64,000 nucleotides of DNA, from NCBI GenBank assembly GCA_973895155.1, contig OZ316895.1:2157659-2221658 (forward strand). Direction: 5' to 3'. How positions within the stretch are numbered: the stretch's first letter is position 1; each line of letters opens with the position of its first letter. Positions 25,684-38,058 of this stretch are shown one piece after another. A model generated the notes under the pieces. That model saw only the letters and a program-made list of their open reading frames with translations, had not been told where the DNA came from and made no database searches. Origin of the DNA: Marsupella aquatica. Its lineage: Eukaryota; Plantae; Marchantiophyta. A program made the translations under genes and the position numbers.

Positions 25684-28560
25684 TTCGTTTTCATTTTGTC
25701 CATTTGCATCAATCTGGCGCCAAGTAAGGTTCGATTTTCTCCGATTGTTTGCTTCCCTCGTTTTAGCATCTCTCCGTCTGAATTCCTGCCATAAGAAGAA
25801 CCCTAAAGTTTGTTGACGTTCGTTTGGTCCCCAACCAATCACGCAAATCGATGAATGTAATAGTCTCCAAATTCATGGACCCTCTGTAACGAATTTCTTC
25901 CAGCAGACGAAGCCTAAAGAGGTTTGACGTATGTATGGTTCGGCCGACCTAATGAAACTGAAAGTGTGAAGAGTCCGATTAGCTTTCTTGTAAGCAACTC
26001 TGTAGTTCACATTTTGGCCAAGTGGCCATAAAGACTTTATTTCGTAAAAACTACCATAATCATGTCGAAACTTTCCTTCCAAACTCTAATTCGTTAGCCT
26101 TCTGTTGCATATCTCCCTACTCACTTCACAATACATTCAGGTTGGATGGTTCCTAACTGGAGTGGTGACCTTCAGATTATGAAAGCGAATTGAGAAGAAA
26201 AAACGTAATCTGCTGTCATGGCCCACCTGCTGAGAAAAAATCATCCTTAATCACCATGATCTGTGCAGACTAGAAAAGGTAACATAATCACAGACAACGA
26301 ACTGAATACAATGATTTGAATCGTACATTAATGATGTGGGAAACTGTGCGGCATGTTTTCAGCAAAGAATTCGCTAAGAAGGATCTCAAATCCAAATAAA
26401 TAAGGGCAAATTGAAATTATACTTCACTTGGATTGGAGTGCTGGCAGATTAGAGTTGGGCAGTGGGTTAGAGTACCTCTTTGTGATGACAAATTGTGGAT
26501 ATTAAGCTTCGTCAAGGACTCGTATATTATTTGAAGCTTGAATTTGCATGATAAGGGTTCAAGCTATACTATTAGTCTCTGAAAACTATTCAATTAGTCT
26601 CTGAAATCCCATACGCTGAAGCAAGTATAGTTCTGTGTGCCCGAGCTGCCCTCGTTATTCGTTACATCTTAACAGGTCTTAGGGTCAGTTATCTCTTCCA
26701 CCCAGCCTTCTCCTAAGTAAAACAGCGAAACCCTCACGGTCAGGGTCAAGTTTCTCCGTACTCCTCTTTCCAAAATCTATATTCAGAGATTGTAAGCTGA
26801 CTGTCCCTTGTGGGGTCTGGAAACCGATGTCCATCGTCCCTCCATTCCTGTGAGCACGGTGTTGCAATGGAGGTTAGCATTAATATACAATTTCCAGTGC
26901 ATTTCTCAACATATTTGATACCTCAAAGGTCTTTTAGAAGCCTATTCAGGGGTTTCATCCGAAGGTGTACCTTTCTCAGCATTGTCTGTTTGTCCTCCGT
27001 AGAAAAGTTTAAAGTAAAGAGGAAACTGCTTATGGAGCTTCATGATTTCAATTTGACAAGGCCAACATGATTGCGCAGGTGCTTCCGGAAAAAAATATTC
27101 TTACAAGGAGCCTTCCAACTTGGAGGTATTGATTGCGAGAGACACTCTGCCACAAACCAGAAAATCTGATTTTGAACTCTATTTTTTCCGCTACTGGACT
27201 CAAATTTAGAGGTGTCGATCATGGAAATCCAGTGTTCGGGAACATGCAGTTGCCAGACATTGCAGGTTGGTTTCTACCTCGGCATATCATGCTTTACCGA
27301 ATGTATGGACATTTTCTTCGTTGAAGGATCATATTTGTTGAAATAAATGGAAATTCCATGTCCATATTATGGCTTAGATCGTTATCTATGGATCATAACG
27401 AAGAGAACCAGGTAGCTGAATGCAAGGGTAGAGCCCAGGAAAGACTACTGCAGCTGGATGAGATTATGGTTTTGAATTGTTCTGTGCTATCAAAGAAATC
27501 TTACGGCAGCACCTTGAGCTATAACCTTCCAAAAGTACTGTAACTGGGCTACTTAATTTTTGATATTGTATAGGTCAGAACATGTCAAATGAATGTCATT
27601 TTACTGTGTATGTTAGACCATGTCAAACAAACAGCACAGTGGTGACGTGACAGGGTTATTCGAACTTTGGATACCCCACCTACTGTAAACATTGTTATGC
27701 TCGTGCATCAAGTATACCACATTGAATATCTGCTTGCTTTTCACCTTGAAGTTCCACGAATCTCCTAATTATCATAGAGCCCCTGCTATTTCACAATGTT
27801 AGGATTTAACGATCATATGTATTACTCTCTCGTATGCTCCAGTAAAACCGGGCATCAATAGGAGTGAGAGCTGTTGTGACGCTTCTGGACTTTCTTGGAA
27901 AGTTGAGAATTTGCGGGACAGTATTTTGGGTTCATCAGCAGTTGCTTGCAGCAATCATCCTGTCTCGGTTTGGCCTTCCAAGCTTACAGACTTGAAGAAT
28001 GAGTCGCACTCTTCTCACTAAAGTTAAGGTTCGGAGGACTGTCAAAGGAGACTTGCATGTGTTGATGATATAAAGCCTCTTGTTCTTCCAACACTACACC
28101 TGATGTTGGTAAAACCAACTTTTGGCCGCCTTCTCATTACAGATGTCCATGATTGGAAGCCCAAACTGGTCCATTGGAGACTTCTTCATTAGTAAAGTGT
28201 GATGCTAAAGTGCCTTGCAAATCACTTGCAGATTGCATAATTCAAATTCAACAATACCATTAACCTGTGAATATTTTTTTATGGCACAGTTTTTTCCATC
28301 TGCTATAGTCACTTGGTATCAGAAAACCAAAAATAACCTCGAGAGATCATTGGTTTCCATATAATTTTGGGTGGACACTCACTCTAAAAACCTTTACAGA
28401 ATAAATCAGCCAGTTTTGTGGTTTACTCAAAGGGCATGTAAGGTATTTGCTTGAATGATGGATCCCAAACCAAACTTTTCTCCCCATCACCCCCATGAGG
28501 TTTTGGGTACATTGATATAAGGTCTATCAAGGTCTGAATCACTCAGCACATCAAGTAACA

Positions 28561-28628
28561 TTTTTTTATATTGATTGTCCATCCATCACATACCTTTTTT
28601 TATATTGATTGTCCATCCATCACATACC
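28561..28628. repeat. Tandem duplication of about 34 bp
   Basis: TTTTTTTATATTGATTGTCCATCCATCACATACC occurs twice. Confidence 0.85.
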
Positions 28629-29783
28629 TTGATTACATATATATGTAGTCAACGTTTAAATACATTGTCACTAAAGATTTTTGAATTTATAATAATACTG
28701 TTTTTGTATATAGTTTCCCTGGTTAGTTTGGTGAACTTGTCATTCACATACAAAACTGTGACATCTTTGTAAATACCAAAAAAATACAAAAAATGAGTTA
28801 GCAATATTGTCAATTAGAATACTTTTAGTGTAAATATAAACTCTATATATTTCTCCAGTGGTTTCTTCGTTTTTGTAAGTCTTGACCTGGAAAAACTGAA
28901 AAACCAATTTACCAAGCAAGCTAAACATAATTACTGAGAAAACAAAATTGCGCAAATTGTGTGTGCGCTACTATAGGTGTGAGAGAAACCCCACCAACTC
29001 CAGTACTGTACGTCTTTCCTAACCACTACTGTAGGCACACCATACTGCATACGTCACTACACTGTAAACTAGCGCCACACAGTCATGTAAGCGAATAAAT
29101 GTAAATACACAGACAGATCTACGCCGTTCATTCCCTAGAAGAACGGCTTAGATACTGATCACATGGGTGCTTTATCCCCAGAGGATAGGACACGTGACGT
29201 GATCACCACGTCACCAGTACCTTCTGTAGCAGGTGAAGATTCTTAGAATCTTTTATTGGCAAACGAAATGTTTCTGAACCAAACAGAAGAAAATGGAGTT
29301 TTCTCTTTGCCAAACAAGATATGTCTGATCTGGAGAATCGACAATCAGGAATTCCTCTTGTTCTGTTTGGAGCAAAGGGCCCCCTTCGGGAGTCGAAGGG
29401 CTGTTTAATTACTCTGCTAATGCCCGTAATTAGTTTCAAACCGTTGAAATCAGTGGCGGAATCATTCTAATCGGCAAGTTATTTGCTAGAGAAGAAACGT
29501 CAAATTAGTGGAAGAGGAAGTGCCCGAGTTTGCCGTGGCACCATCGTTTGCCACTTCAAGAGTTTCCAGAGATCAGTATGAAGTAAAGAGAGCGAGTAGG
29601 GGAGCGAGCAAAGCAATTACGGGAGAGAGATACAGGCTCAGGAGAGACAGAGACGGAGAGGGAAAGAAATTGGGAGAGTTAGAGACAGAATTTGAAAGGA
29701 ATTGCGAAAGGAGCGAACTGCCGGAGCTCTTAGTAGTGCTTCCTCCGAGATTTCCTGAATTTACAATTCGCGAGCCAGCAGCG

Positions 29784-32700
29784 ATGGCAGTGGCGAGGAC
29801 ATGGACACGGCGAGCGTTGGCGAGAGTCCCCGAAGTTTCATCGATGCTGCTGCTGCAACTCTCCAGGCAGCAGCAGGGAGCAGCGTCGTCGAAGACAGTA
29901 GTGAGAGGATTCGCGGCGAGCACAAATGTGATCCCTCTTGGTCCGGATTCCGCTTCGTCGTCGTCACAGGAGCTCATTGAGAATGAGAAACAGTATAGCG
30001 CACATAAGTGAGTTAAGAGGCCTTTCTTGGTTGCAACTTTCATTTGTCGTTCTACGAGTCGCTCTGCTGAAAAGAAAATCCTTGAATGCTGCCAATTTAT
30101 GGACTAATTCAGACAGGTAGTCTATCTTTCTTGCAACTTAGCTCTCGGCCTTTTTGTTGGAAAAGTACGCTACGCTATTCTGCTTCTTTGCTAAGTAATT
30201 CCGCTTGATGAAGCCGTTTGTGTAATGCTGAGATATTTTCTTTCCGTGGATTTTGTGATGGGTTCGCACCCATGGGGATTTCTCTTCACAAGTGGTATAC
30301 AAGTAGATAAGCTGCCTGCCGGTCAAGACTTAGTCTGCCTGAATGGTGGACACTTTGTGCCCCACCTTGTGCTGGTCGGCTTCGAAGAGAGTGCATCTGC
30401 TGTTCTTACCCTTTGTAGGAATGTATTTGAACATCTGATTCGTAATGCTGGGTGGATATCTTCCATAAACACTTTGTTTATCAGTAAAGTGGAGAAAATC
30501 TACATCCTGGCCTAGTCCATTTCCATCTCTCCACGTTCCTGTTCAGCATCCACCTTTCTCCACGATTGTGTTATCCGTGAATCAATCTATCTCGTACCAT
30601 AAGACTCGCGAATGGAAGTCAAAACATAGTGAAGTTTAGGGTTCTGAACCACAGACAATCGAACAATGATTTAGCGCAATCGTCCCTGACGATTCTGCTC
30701 ACGCTCATGCTCATTTGTCTCTCTTTATTTCGGTGGTTTGCCTTCAACAAAAGTTTTTGACAGGTTGCCGTTGATTTGAATGCAGTTATCATCCGATTCC
30801 TGTGGTGTTTTCTCGGGCGAAAGATTCCTACGTCTGGGATCCTGAAGGTCGAAAATACGTGGATTTTCTATCTGCCTACTCGGCTGTTAATCAGGTTCCA
30901 CTTCCAATCTTTTACCTCATCCTTTGCAGATTTTAGTTGTCTAATTGGGCTCAGAGTAGTGGCTCTGTCTCTGTTCTCGTTTAGATGGTTATTATCTGGT
31001 CCAGGTCCTCTGCATTCATGCTCCGCTCTTCGGTTTTTTTAGTTCTTCCTAATCAATTTCTTTAAAGTCAAGATTTCTCTCTAGAGGGGCATCTGTTGCC
31101 AACATTTATCGTTGGAAGCCATGCTACGTTGCGCTTTGCAAGAACTTTCTTGCCATGAAAGAAAGGTCTGGTCAAAAGTTTAAACTTAAAAGTCAACCAA
31201 GTAGTCTTGAGCTCCCACTGAAAGCGAAAGGAGCCCGATACAATTTCGCGGTTGCACATCTTTACCATCCTGATTTGGGTCGAGCTATTTGGTTAGTGTT
31301 CATCATGGATTTGGTTCTAAGGCTGAAATGTACTTCTCTTCTCCTTGCCGATAATATTTATTAACTTGACTTTTCTATTTCGGGCTATCAAGTTTTCTCC
31401 ACGTTTGCTTGTATTGGGAGGCAGTGATGTTGGAGTTCACTTTGGACGAGAACACTGTTTTGTCTGACTGTTCCATGTGATGGAATCCGGAAGTTAAATG
31501 TTGCAGGGCCACTGCCATCCGAAGATTCTCGAAGTTGTAACAGAGCAAATTCAACGGCTCACGCTTAGCTCCCGAGCCTTCCATAATGACAAGTTTCCCA
31601 GTTTTGCCAAGCTTCTCACCACCACAATTGGTTACGACATGATGCTTCCCATGAACACAGGAGCCGAAGGAGTCGAGACTGCCCTCAAAATTGCCAAGAA
31701 ATGGGCTCACATGCGGAAGGGTGTCAAGAAAGACAAGGTAAGGGCCTTGTAGAAGTTTTAATGTTCTCTGAATGCTTCTCAGTATTGATCTAACTGAAAC
31801 TCCTGGGGTACAAAAATTCATTGCCATTTTCCTTACATTTGTGTGATAAATATCTACTTTGACGTTGCTCATTTCATTTCATAAGTAAGTGAGTTTGTGT
31901 GAAGTGTTTACAAATCTTCACTTGAGCGCAACAAAGTATGCACCAGAAATATGGAAAATATTGAAGAGAAATTAAATTGACAAAGTGAATAAAGGCTTCA
32001 AATGACTGGAGATGAGCAAGTCTACTCCGGCGTTTTTGTAATGAGAGTCAATTAGGATGTGAAGAATTTCTGAATTTCTTTCTGGCGAAAACTGTTATTG
32101 GGTTGGTTACATAGTTGCTACAGTGTGATAATCATGAATTTGCTGGCGTTGCAGGCTCTGATAGTATCATGCTGCGGGTGTTTCCATGGGCGAACTTTGG
32201 CTGCTGTATCAATGAGTTGCGACAATGAAGCTACGCGTGGATTCTGGCCTCTCCTTGGTGGAAACATCAAAGTTGATTTCGGTGATGCTGATGCACTTGC
32301 AGCTGTTTTTGAGGGTAAGAGTCTGTTTGGTACCCTTCGCTTGCATGGCCACTTTTTTCTGCACTAGTGCTTGAAACTGACTGAAGCTGTGATGAAAGAG
32401 TCCTCATGATCAATGGTGTGCACCTCTTGCTATCGCCACTGATCTTACCTCGATCTGTGGTCTCGAACAGAGTCCTGTTTCGTTTTGTAAGTTGGAGTGG
32501 ATGATTTATGATTCATTTCCTATGTCAGTGGCTAGCCTTTTCATCTCTCTCTGTTCAATTCCACATCGCTCGTTGATTGAGCTAGTGCAATCTTGTTGGC
32601 TTTTGTACAGAGCATGGAGAAAACGTGGCGGGGTTTTTGTTTGAGCCTATTCAAGGTGAAGCAGGGGTGAGTACCCGAGTTCCTTCGTATACGTCGCAGA

Positions 32701-34358
32701 TTACCTATCGGAAAGCCCCCTTATGTCATTTGTTCCTGTCGTAAGCTTTGAGGTCAATGAGTGGCAATTGAGAATTGCACTGCAATGTCAGGTCATCGTT
32801 CCACCAGTGGGCTACCTTCAGAAGGTTCGAGAGCTGTGTTCAAAATACAACGTGCTGATGATTGCTGACGAGATCCAGACTGGAATGGCTCGTACTGGAC
32901 GCCTTCTTGCAGTGGAGTGGGAGAATGTTCGGCCAGATTTGGTGGTATGGTTTTTCCCCGAAAAGTTCAATTTTCAAAAGGAGGCTGAACAGGACATTTC
33001 AATGTAAGAATAGATTTTTTTGTAGCTCAGACGTTGGCTAGCCCCTGGCATAAGGCGATGATGTAGCTGTGTCGCATCCATCTGTGGTGACACTGAGATG
33101 AATGGTTTGATCGCAGATATTAGGAAAAGCGTTGGGCGCTGGAGTAATACCAGTGAGCGCAGTTCTTGCCGACAAAGACGTGATGCTGTGCATTAACCCT
33201 GGCGAACATGGCAGGTGTGTTTCTGTCGATTCCATGCATCAATTTTCCAAGTACATGTGGAGCTCCATGATTTGAATCCCACTCAAAGCCTTCAAACGAA
33301 CCGCTGAAGATCCGCCAAAGGAATTGATGTGTAATTTCACTGACCAAACTGTTGCATTTCATTTCCCGGTGGTCACGTGCCAGTACTTTTGGTGGGAATC
33401 CTTTGGCAAGCGCAGTGGGCATAGCCGCTCTGGAAATTATTCAAGATGAGCATCTGGCTGAAAGGTATGAAGGCTTCTTTTTTGAGGATGCGCCAGCCAA
33501 TTATAAAAAACAATTTGCAATTTTAAAATAAGCCTGATTTAATGGTTCACACATAACTCTTCTGCTAGGGTGCTAACATTACGAAGACAATTCCTGGCAT
33601 GCAAAATGGACATGGCGACAAGGATTGATGTAAGTTCGCGTTTGGAAGTGATCCTAAGATGCAAAAGACATTCTGGTCGCAGAGCTGCTGATTCCGGAGA
33701 GAAGTTTCGCTCTTATTTGAAAGACATACAAGAGAGTTACCCAGATATAATCAAAGAAGTTAGGGGTAAAGGCCTACTGAACGCTGTGGAGATGGATCCC
33801 CGTGGTATGGGCAACGTCTCTGCTTATCAGATCTGCCTCGCACTGAAGGATAGGGGAATTTTGTCAAAGGCCACGCAAAACACCATCATCAGACTCTCTC
33901 CTCCTCTGACAATCAGGTAAGCAACCGCGCAACACATCGGATGAAATATTTTGTGCCAGCTAACCTTGTTTGCTATGCGACAAGTCCTCAAATTCGACTT
34001 CTTTCTTTCAGGTTGTCAGATTGCCTTCAATGGGATCTCGTATGGTGACCATGACGAAGCTCTTTGTTGTTGCTCATTGAACTTTTAGTGTTTCGGACCA
34101 TCATTTCAGGCCACCGCTCTTAGCGAGTCGACCTTAAGTATGTTGCTTGACTAAATCTAGGATGTGTCCACATGCAGTCCTTCTTGTCTAACTTAGTTTC
34201 TTTTGTTTTGCAGTGATGACCAACTGCGAGCTGCTGCTACTGCCTTCAGAGAGGTTCTGGAGCATGATTTGCCCCAATTGCAACAGGAAGCAGTCGGCAA
34301 ACCTGCAGCTCTCGACGCAGAAGCCTGTGATCGATGTGGCCGCTCCGTACGTTTGTGA
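29784..34358 (+). CDS. OAT: Ornithine delta-aminotransferase, mitochondrial; exons 29784-30007, 30786-30894, 31507-31737, 32155-32314, 32611-32666, 32792-32944, 33117-33214, 33384-33464, 33683-33916, 34214-34358
   Basis: Arg/Ser-rich presequence, then [64 protein letters not shown] (PLP lysine), [18 protein letters not shown] and IRLSPPL. All introns are GT-AG. Confidence 0.97.
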
Positions 34359-34557
34359 TACGTAATATATCGACAGACAGGCAGAATGTAAAATATAATT
34401 GCGTTCGCACTAATAGTTGTCATAGTTCAGTGAAGTGTTTATGAAGAGTATATTGCGGGGAACTTCTAAAAAAATTCAGTGTCCACGTGTGAACACAGAC
34501 ATTTTGCGCTTGAGGCGAAGGTACCATCAGTGCTCTTGTCTGGAAGAATTCGTGCAT

Positions 34558-34748
34558 CAGGATAATAGAAATCATCATGTCTTCCCCGGTATCTCATCTT
34601 GGCCATGGGCTTTCGTCTTGTTCCTGTTGCCGAGAATAATGACGTTATGAGATATACTCATGAACTGGAACAGGATAATAACAGGATAATAGAAACCATC
34701 TTGTCTTCACCTTTATCTCAGCATGGCCATGGGCTTTCTCCTTGTCCC
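34558..34748. repeat. Diverged direct duplication of about 67 bp (34558-34624 and 34682-34748)
   Basis: CAGGATAATAGAAA.CATC.TGTCTTC.CC..TATCTCA...TGGCCATGGGCTTTC occurs twice, 124 bp apart. Confidence 0.8.
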
Positions 34749-35398
34749 AATCACGGAGAATGGTGGACCGTTTTGAATTATACTATGCGATAGTGATGCT
34801 TCACACCCGCTAGACGCAATGTATTAAGTTCCTCTTGACGCTGTAAAGTATTGTGCTTCCCCCAATCCTTATGGAGTGCATTTCTCACCAAATCCTGCCC
34901 AAGTTCCCAAAGGCCACCAAAAAGATCTATGCGTATCGCCATCAATGTGTAATATTTTGGAGTTCCTTCAACAAATGGGCTTAGTGACCGAGGAGCATAA
35001 GTCTTAAATACTGGGTTAGTCAAGCACAGTGAAGTCACTTATTGGGACCTTCGTTTTGGCCTGGTCCCTCGCTTTCAAGAATTGAAACAATGACTCGGTA
35101 CTCGTACAAGCTGCACCACCGTGCGACGCCAACCTCGTCACGATCGTCTGGACTCATCATTCTGCTGTAGGTTCTGGCTCGAAGCTGGCGATATTCGATG
35201 GACATTTGTTTGTCGCTGCGTAGGTCGGTGAACGCGGCGAGGGGCAAATTCGAGGCTAATGAAACTGCCGCGGAAGCGAGGTCTAGCGGAATTGTCATGT
35301 ACATACCAGTCTTATGGGGGGTTCTTGTCATGTACATACCATTATTGTGGGGCTGACGGTATTTTTGAAATTTTCCCCGAGAAGGAATCAGACTGCTG

Positions 35399-35575
35399 AA
35401 TTCATCTCGCCATTCTCGAGATAGGTACTTGTCAAATTTCCATAGACACATGTCCGAGAGTTCATCTTGCCATTCTCAAGATAGGTACTTTACATTTCCG
35501 TCGACAGGCATGTTGGCGAATTCATCTTGCCACTCTCGACATAGGTGCTAGTCAGATTTCCGTCGACAACAGATT
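35399..35575. repeat. 60-bp tandem repeat, 3 copies
   Basis: TTCATCTYGCCAYTCTCRAGATAGGTRCT cores start at 35401, 35461 and 35521, with related linkers. Confidence 0.85.
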
Positions 35576-36553
35576 TCCGTCGACAACATGTTGTCTGGTT
35601 TGCTCCATTGTTGTTGCGACCCGGGACAACTAAGCGGGTTATCCGAGACTTCAATAAAACGACGTTATACTGTTTCTCAAAAAGAACTCTGCCACTGTCA
35701 AACATCATCTTGTGAGAGAATAATCATATTGTCCACATTAAAGCTTCGGCAAGTACAGAAACACTGGCAGCAGTGACACTTTTCAAAGGTGGGGTCCAAG
35801 CAGTACTTCCGATTTTACTACTGTGCGTTTGGGCCGCAAACTCTTACACCGAAACTGTTCCGAAGCTCACTCAGTCAAGACATGCACAAAAGATTTGGGA
35901 AACTCGTTCAAAAGTAGTTTCAGGCTCTGGTTTCCAATTGAGCGCCAGGTTTCCTTCTAAACCTTCGGAATCTGGCATCTGACGAATAGATGACTCAAAT
36001 CTAATTCAATTTGTGAGCAACTGCAAGTCCAGCATCTATTTTCGTAACGATCCTATTGGCCATTTCAGTCTACTCCTCTCCGACGATTTGGGTTGGTGGG
36101 TTTCAGCTGCGAGTAGGAACCATTACGGGGCCCGACATCTTGTAAGAAATGATAATCAAGTCAAGAGCTACTCTAAACCCTAAACACAAAACTAGAGTTG
36201 TCATCATCATTTGAGAAGCATAATCTAATGATGCAAATGGACAATAAATGCAGCTACTACAATGGATCGCAAGGAAGACGAGGAAACACACTCGAGGCGG
36301 AAGACGAGAGTGATTAGGGTTCACCAAGTTCCTCTCAGGTTATATGTGGGCCGCCTTACAAGTTTGACGAGTCCATGGGCTCCCTGTGTACTGAAATACA
36401 TATTTAGGGCTTCTGAACAATGAGACTACGAGAAACGAAAACCTATCTACACAAACCGCAGATCGTTCTACTCGCACGGATTATTTAACTTTCATTTACA
36501 CATAATTAGAAAAATCAGACGCACCCTCAATTTCAGCTCTACTTACATAGTTT

Positions 36554-36656
36554 TTGCAAGTCAGAACGGGTTTTCTAGGCCCAAAGCACTTCGCTCATTA
36601 CTCAAGCTATTCGCTAGAGTAAATCGGTGCCCAGTGCGGTATCATCGTTCTTGCAA
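36554..36656 (-). ncRNA. Box C/D snoRNA, snR76/SNORD88-like (downstream copy), predicted 2'-O-methylation guide for LSU rRNA
   Basis: Minus strand: 7-bp terminal stem TTGCAAG/CTTGCAA, C box ACGATGA, guide GCACTGGGCA directly followed by D' CCGA, internal stem TTACTC/GAGTAA, C'-like TGAGCGA, D box CTGA. The guide is complementary to the conserved 25S/28S sequence UGCCCAGUGC. Confidence 0.8.
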
Positions 36657-36722
36657 CTAACCCAATTGCAAGTAAAATCAGTGAAGGGACAGCGCTAGAG
36701 CACGTCCGTCGAGGGTATGGAG

Positions 36723-36845
36723 GTCTGCAGACAGGACTCTCTGAAGGTACAAATCGACGAAAAGGAGTCTGCAGACAGGACTCTCTAAAGGTACAAATCG
36801 ACGATAAGGAGTCTGCAGACAGGACAACCCAAAGGTACCAATCAA
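36723..36845. repeat. 44-bp tandem repeat, about 2.7 copies, between the two snoRNAs
   Basis: GTCTGCAGACAGGACTCTCT.AAGGTACAAATCGACGA.AAGGA units start at 36723, 36767 and 36811 (third copy diverges). Each begins with the palindrome GTCTGCAGAC. Confidence 0.9.
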
Positions 36846-36896
36846 CCTTTTTTTATGAACTTCTAGAATTGTGCATCCTCTGAAGGGCACATGAAG

Positions 36897-37006
36897 TAGT
36901 TGCAAGTCAGAAGGGGGTTTTCTAGGCCCAAAGCATTTCGCTCATTGCTCTAGCATTTAGCTGGAGTAAATCGGTGCCCAGTGCGGTATCATCCTTCTTG
37001 CAACTA
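36897..37006 (-). ncRNA. Box C/D snoRNA, snR76/SNORD88-like (upstream copy)
   Basis: Minus strand: 10-bp terminal stem TAGTTGCAAG/CTTGCAACTA, C box AGGATGA, the same guide GCACTGGGCA plus D' CCGA, D box CTGA. Most differences from the other copy fall in the internal stem-loop. Confidence 0.8.
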
Positions 37007-37343
37007 TCTCATGACGAGCAAGCATCGAAATGGTCAAAGTTTGCGGACAACACACGGTATGGCATGAAAGAAAACAGATACCAAACACAACCTGTTCATT
37101 GATCATAGGTAATATACTCGATCTCGTGATTGTACTTCAGCAGCGCAAATCCACCACCTTATGAGTCATAATAAACAGCGAAACGTCTAACCACAGAAGG
37201 TTCCGACGAATGACAGATTTTTGGATCCTTCAAAACTTTCTGTCTCCATTGATATAACTTGACCTACAAAAAAGGGTCCCACTAAACCGGAGGTGCTCAC
37301 ATTAAAGAGTAAATATTCAATTACACTTGATGGTAGCGCCATT

Positions 37344-37871
37344 CTACTCGTCCTCTTGGCTCCTGAGCCGAGCGTTTCCGTTCGTCAACGCAATGTTCAG
37401 CTGGGCGGCCCTCTCGACGATATCCTTCCTCTTCCGGGTCGACACGTTGTGGGCGATTTCGGCAGAGTACTTCCTGTTGTGCATGAGAAGGAGCTCGACA
37501 TCGGCAACGTTGTGCACCAAAAACTTGATGAATCCGTTGGGCAGAACATGTCTGGTCTTCTTGTTGGACCCGTACCCAATGTTGGGCATCAAAGTGCAGC
37601 CCTTAAACTTCCGACGCACACGGGAATCGATACCCTTCGGCCGTCTCCAGTTTTCCTGTGACGACGACAGACAAACCGAACTAAGGGTTGGTCGATTCAA
37701 AGAGAGCACATCTCCCGGCCCTAAACCTCAAGGAATTAAGAAACTACAAACCACGATCATTTGAAGAGCGCGAATTGATACCTTCACGGAGATCTTTCGA
37801 TCCGACTGCATACGCTTGAACTTCTTCACCCTTTTCTTGATAACATCGTGCTTCACCAGAGGGGTCACCAT
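37344..37871 (-). CDS. RPL32: 60S ribosomal protein L32 (eL32); exons 37871-37782 and 37655-37344
   Basis: [30 protein letters not shown]|[19 protein letters not shown]...[20 protein letters not shown]...[14 protein letters not shown] intron. Confidence 0.98.
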
Positions 37872-38050
37872 GGCTGCAGCCGCTCCTGCTTCTCCTCTGC
37901 TGTTCAATCAATCCAACGACGACGACCTAGAGTGTCGAGCAGCAAATGTGGTCTCTACAACTCCAAAAGAAGTCTCACAGTGTCGACGACGGAGCCATAT
38001 GCACGGGAAAGACGAGATCGGCGGCCAAACACCCGAAGCCCTAAAAATCC

Positions 38051-38058
38051 AAACCCTA
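38051..38058. promoter_or_regulatory. Telobox (AAACCCTA) in the RPL32 5' region
   Basis: Exact AAACCCTA next to a likely 5'UTR-intron donor. Teloboxes are typical of plant ribosomal-protein genes. Confidence 0.5.

Noticed and set aside
25196-25842. Overlapping alternative-frame and antisense ORFs around ATP17 (also seen around RPL32 and the 15.3-kb gene)
   Set aside because: They are shadow ORFs caused by the codon bias of the real CDS.
26480-26585. C/D snoRNA candidate on the plus strand (GTGATGA ... ATTAGTCT-CTGA)
   Set aside because: Only 8 nt of complementarity to LSU rRNA (AGACUAAU), a negligible terminal stem and no clear C'/D' boxes.
26750-28260. Scattered short plus-strand ORFs suggesting a decayed gene
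   Set aside because: No recognisable motif or consistent splice structure.
28314-28323. TGGTATCAGA primer-binding-site-like motif
   Set aside because: Only 10 nt, not directly abutting a clear LTR end, and no gag-like sequence follows.
29508-29783. Long N-terminal extension of OAT suggested by the ORF track
   Set aside because: It starts at GTG in a GA-rich 5'UTR. The ATG at 29784 gives a typical mitochondrial presequence.
34780-36140. Minus-strand F-box-like pseudogene
   Set aside because: Only a vague resemblance in short, stop-riddled fragments, not enough to call.
36100-36215. A third C/D snoRNA on the minus strand (ATGATGA ... CTGA)
   Set aside because: No terminal stem, and the sequence before CTGA matches rRNA (sarcin-ricin loop region) only with a gap and mismatches.
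35399-36845. The 60-bp and 44-bp arrays as CRISPR-like repeat-spacer arrays
   Set aside because: The 'spacers' are homologous to each other, there are no cas genes, and the context is eukaryotic. They are ordinary tandem repeats.
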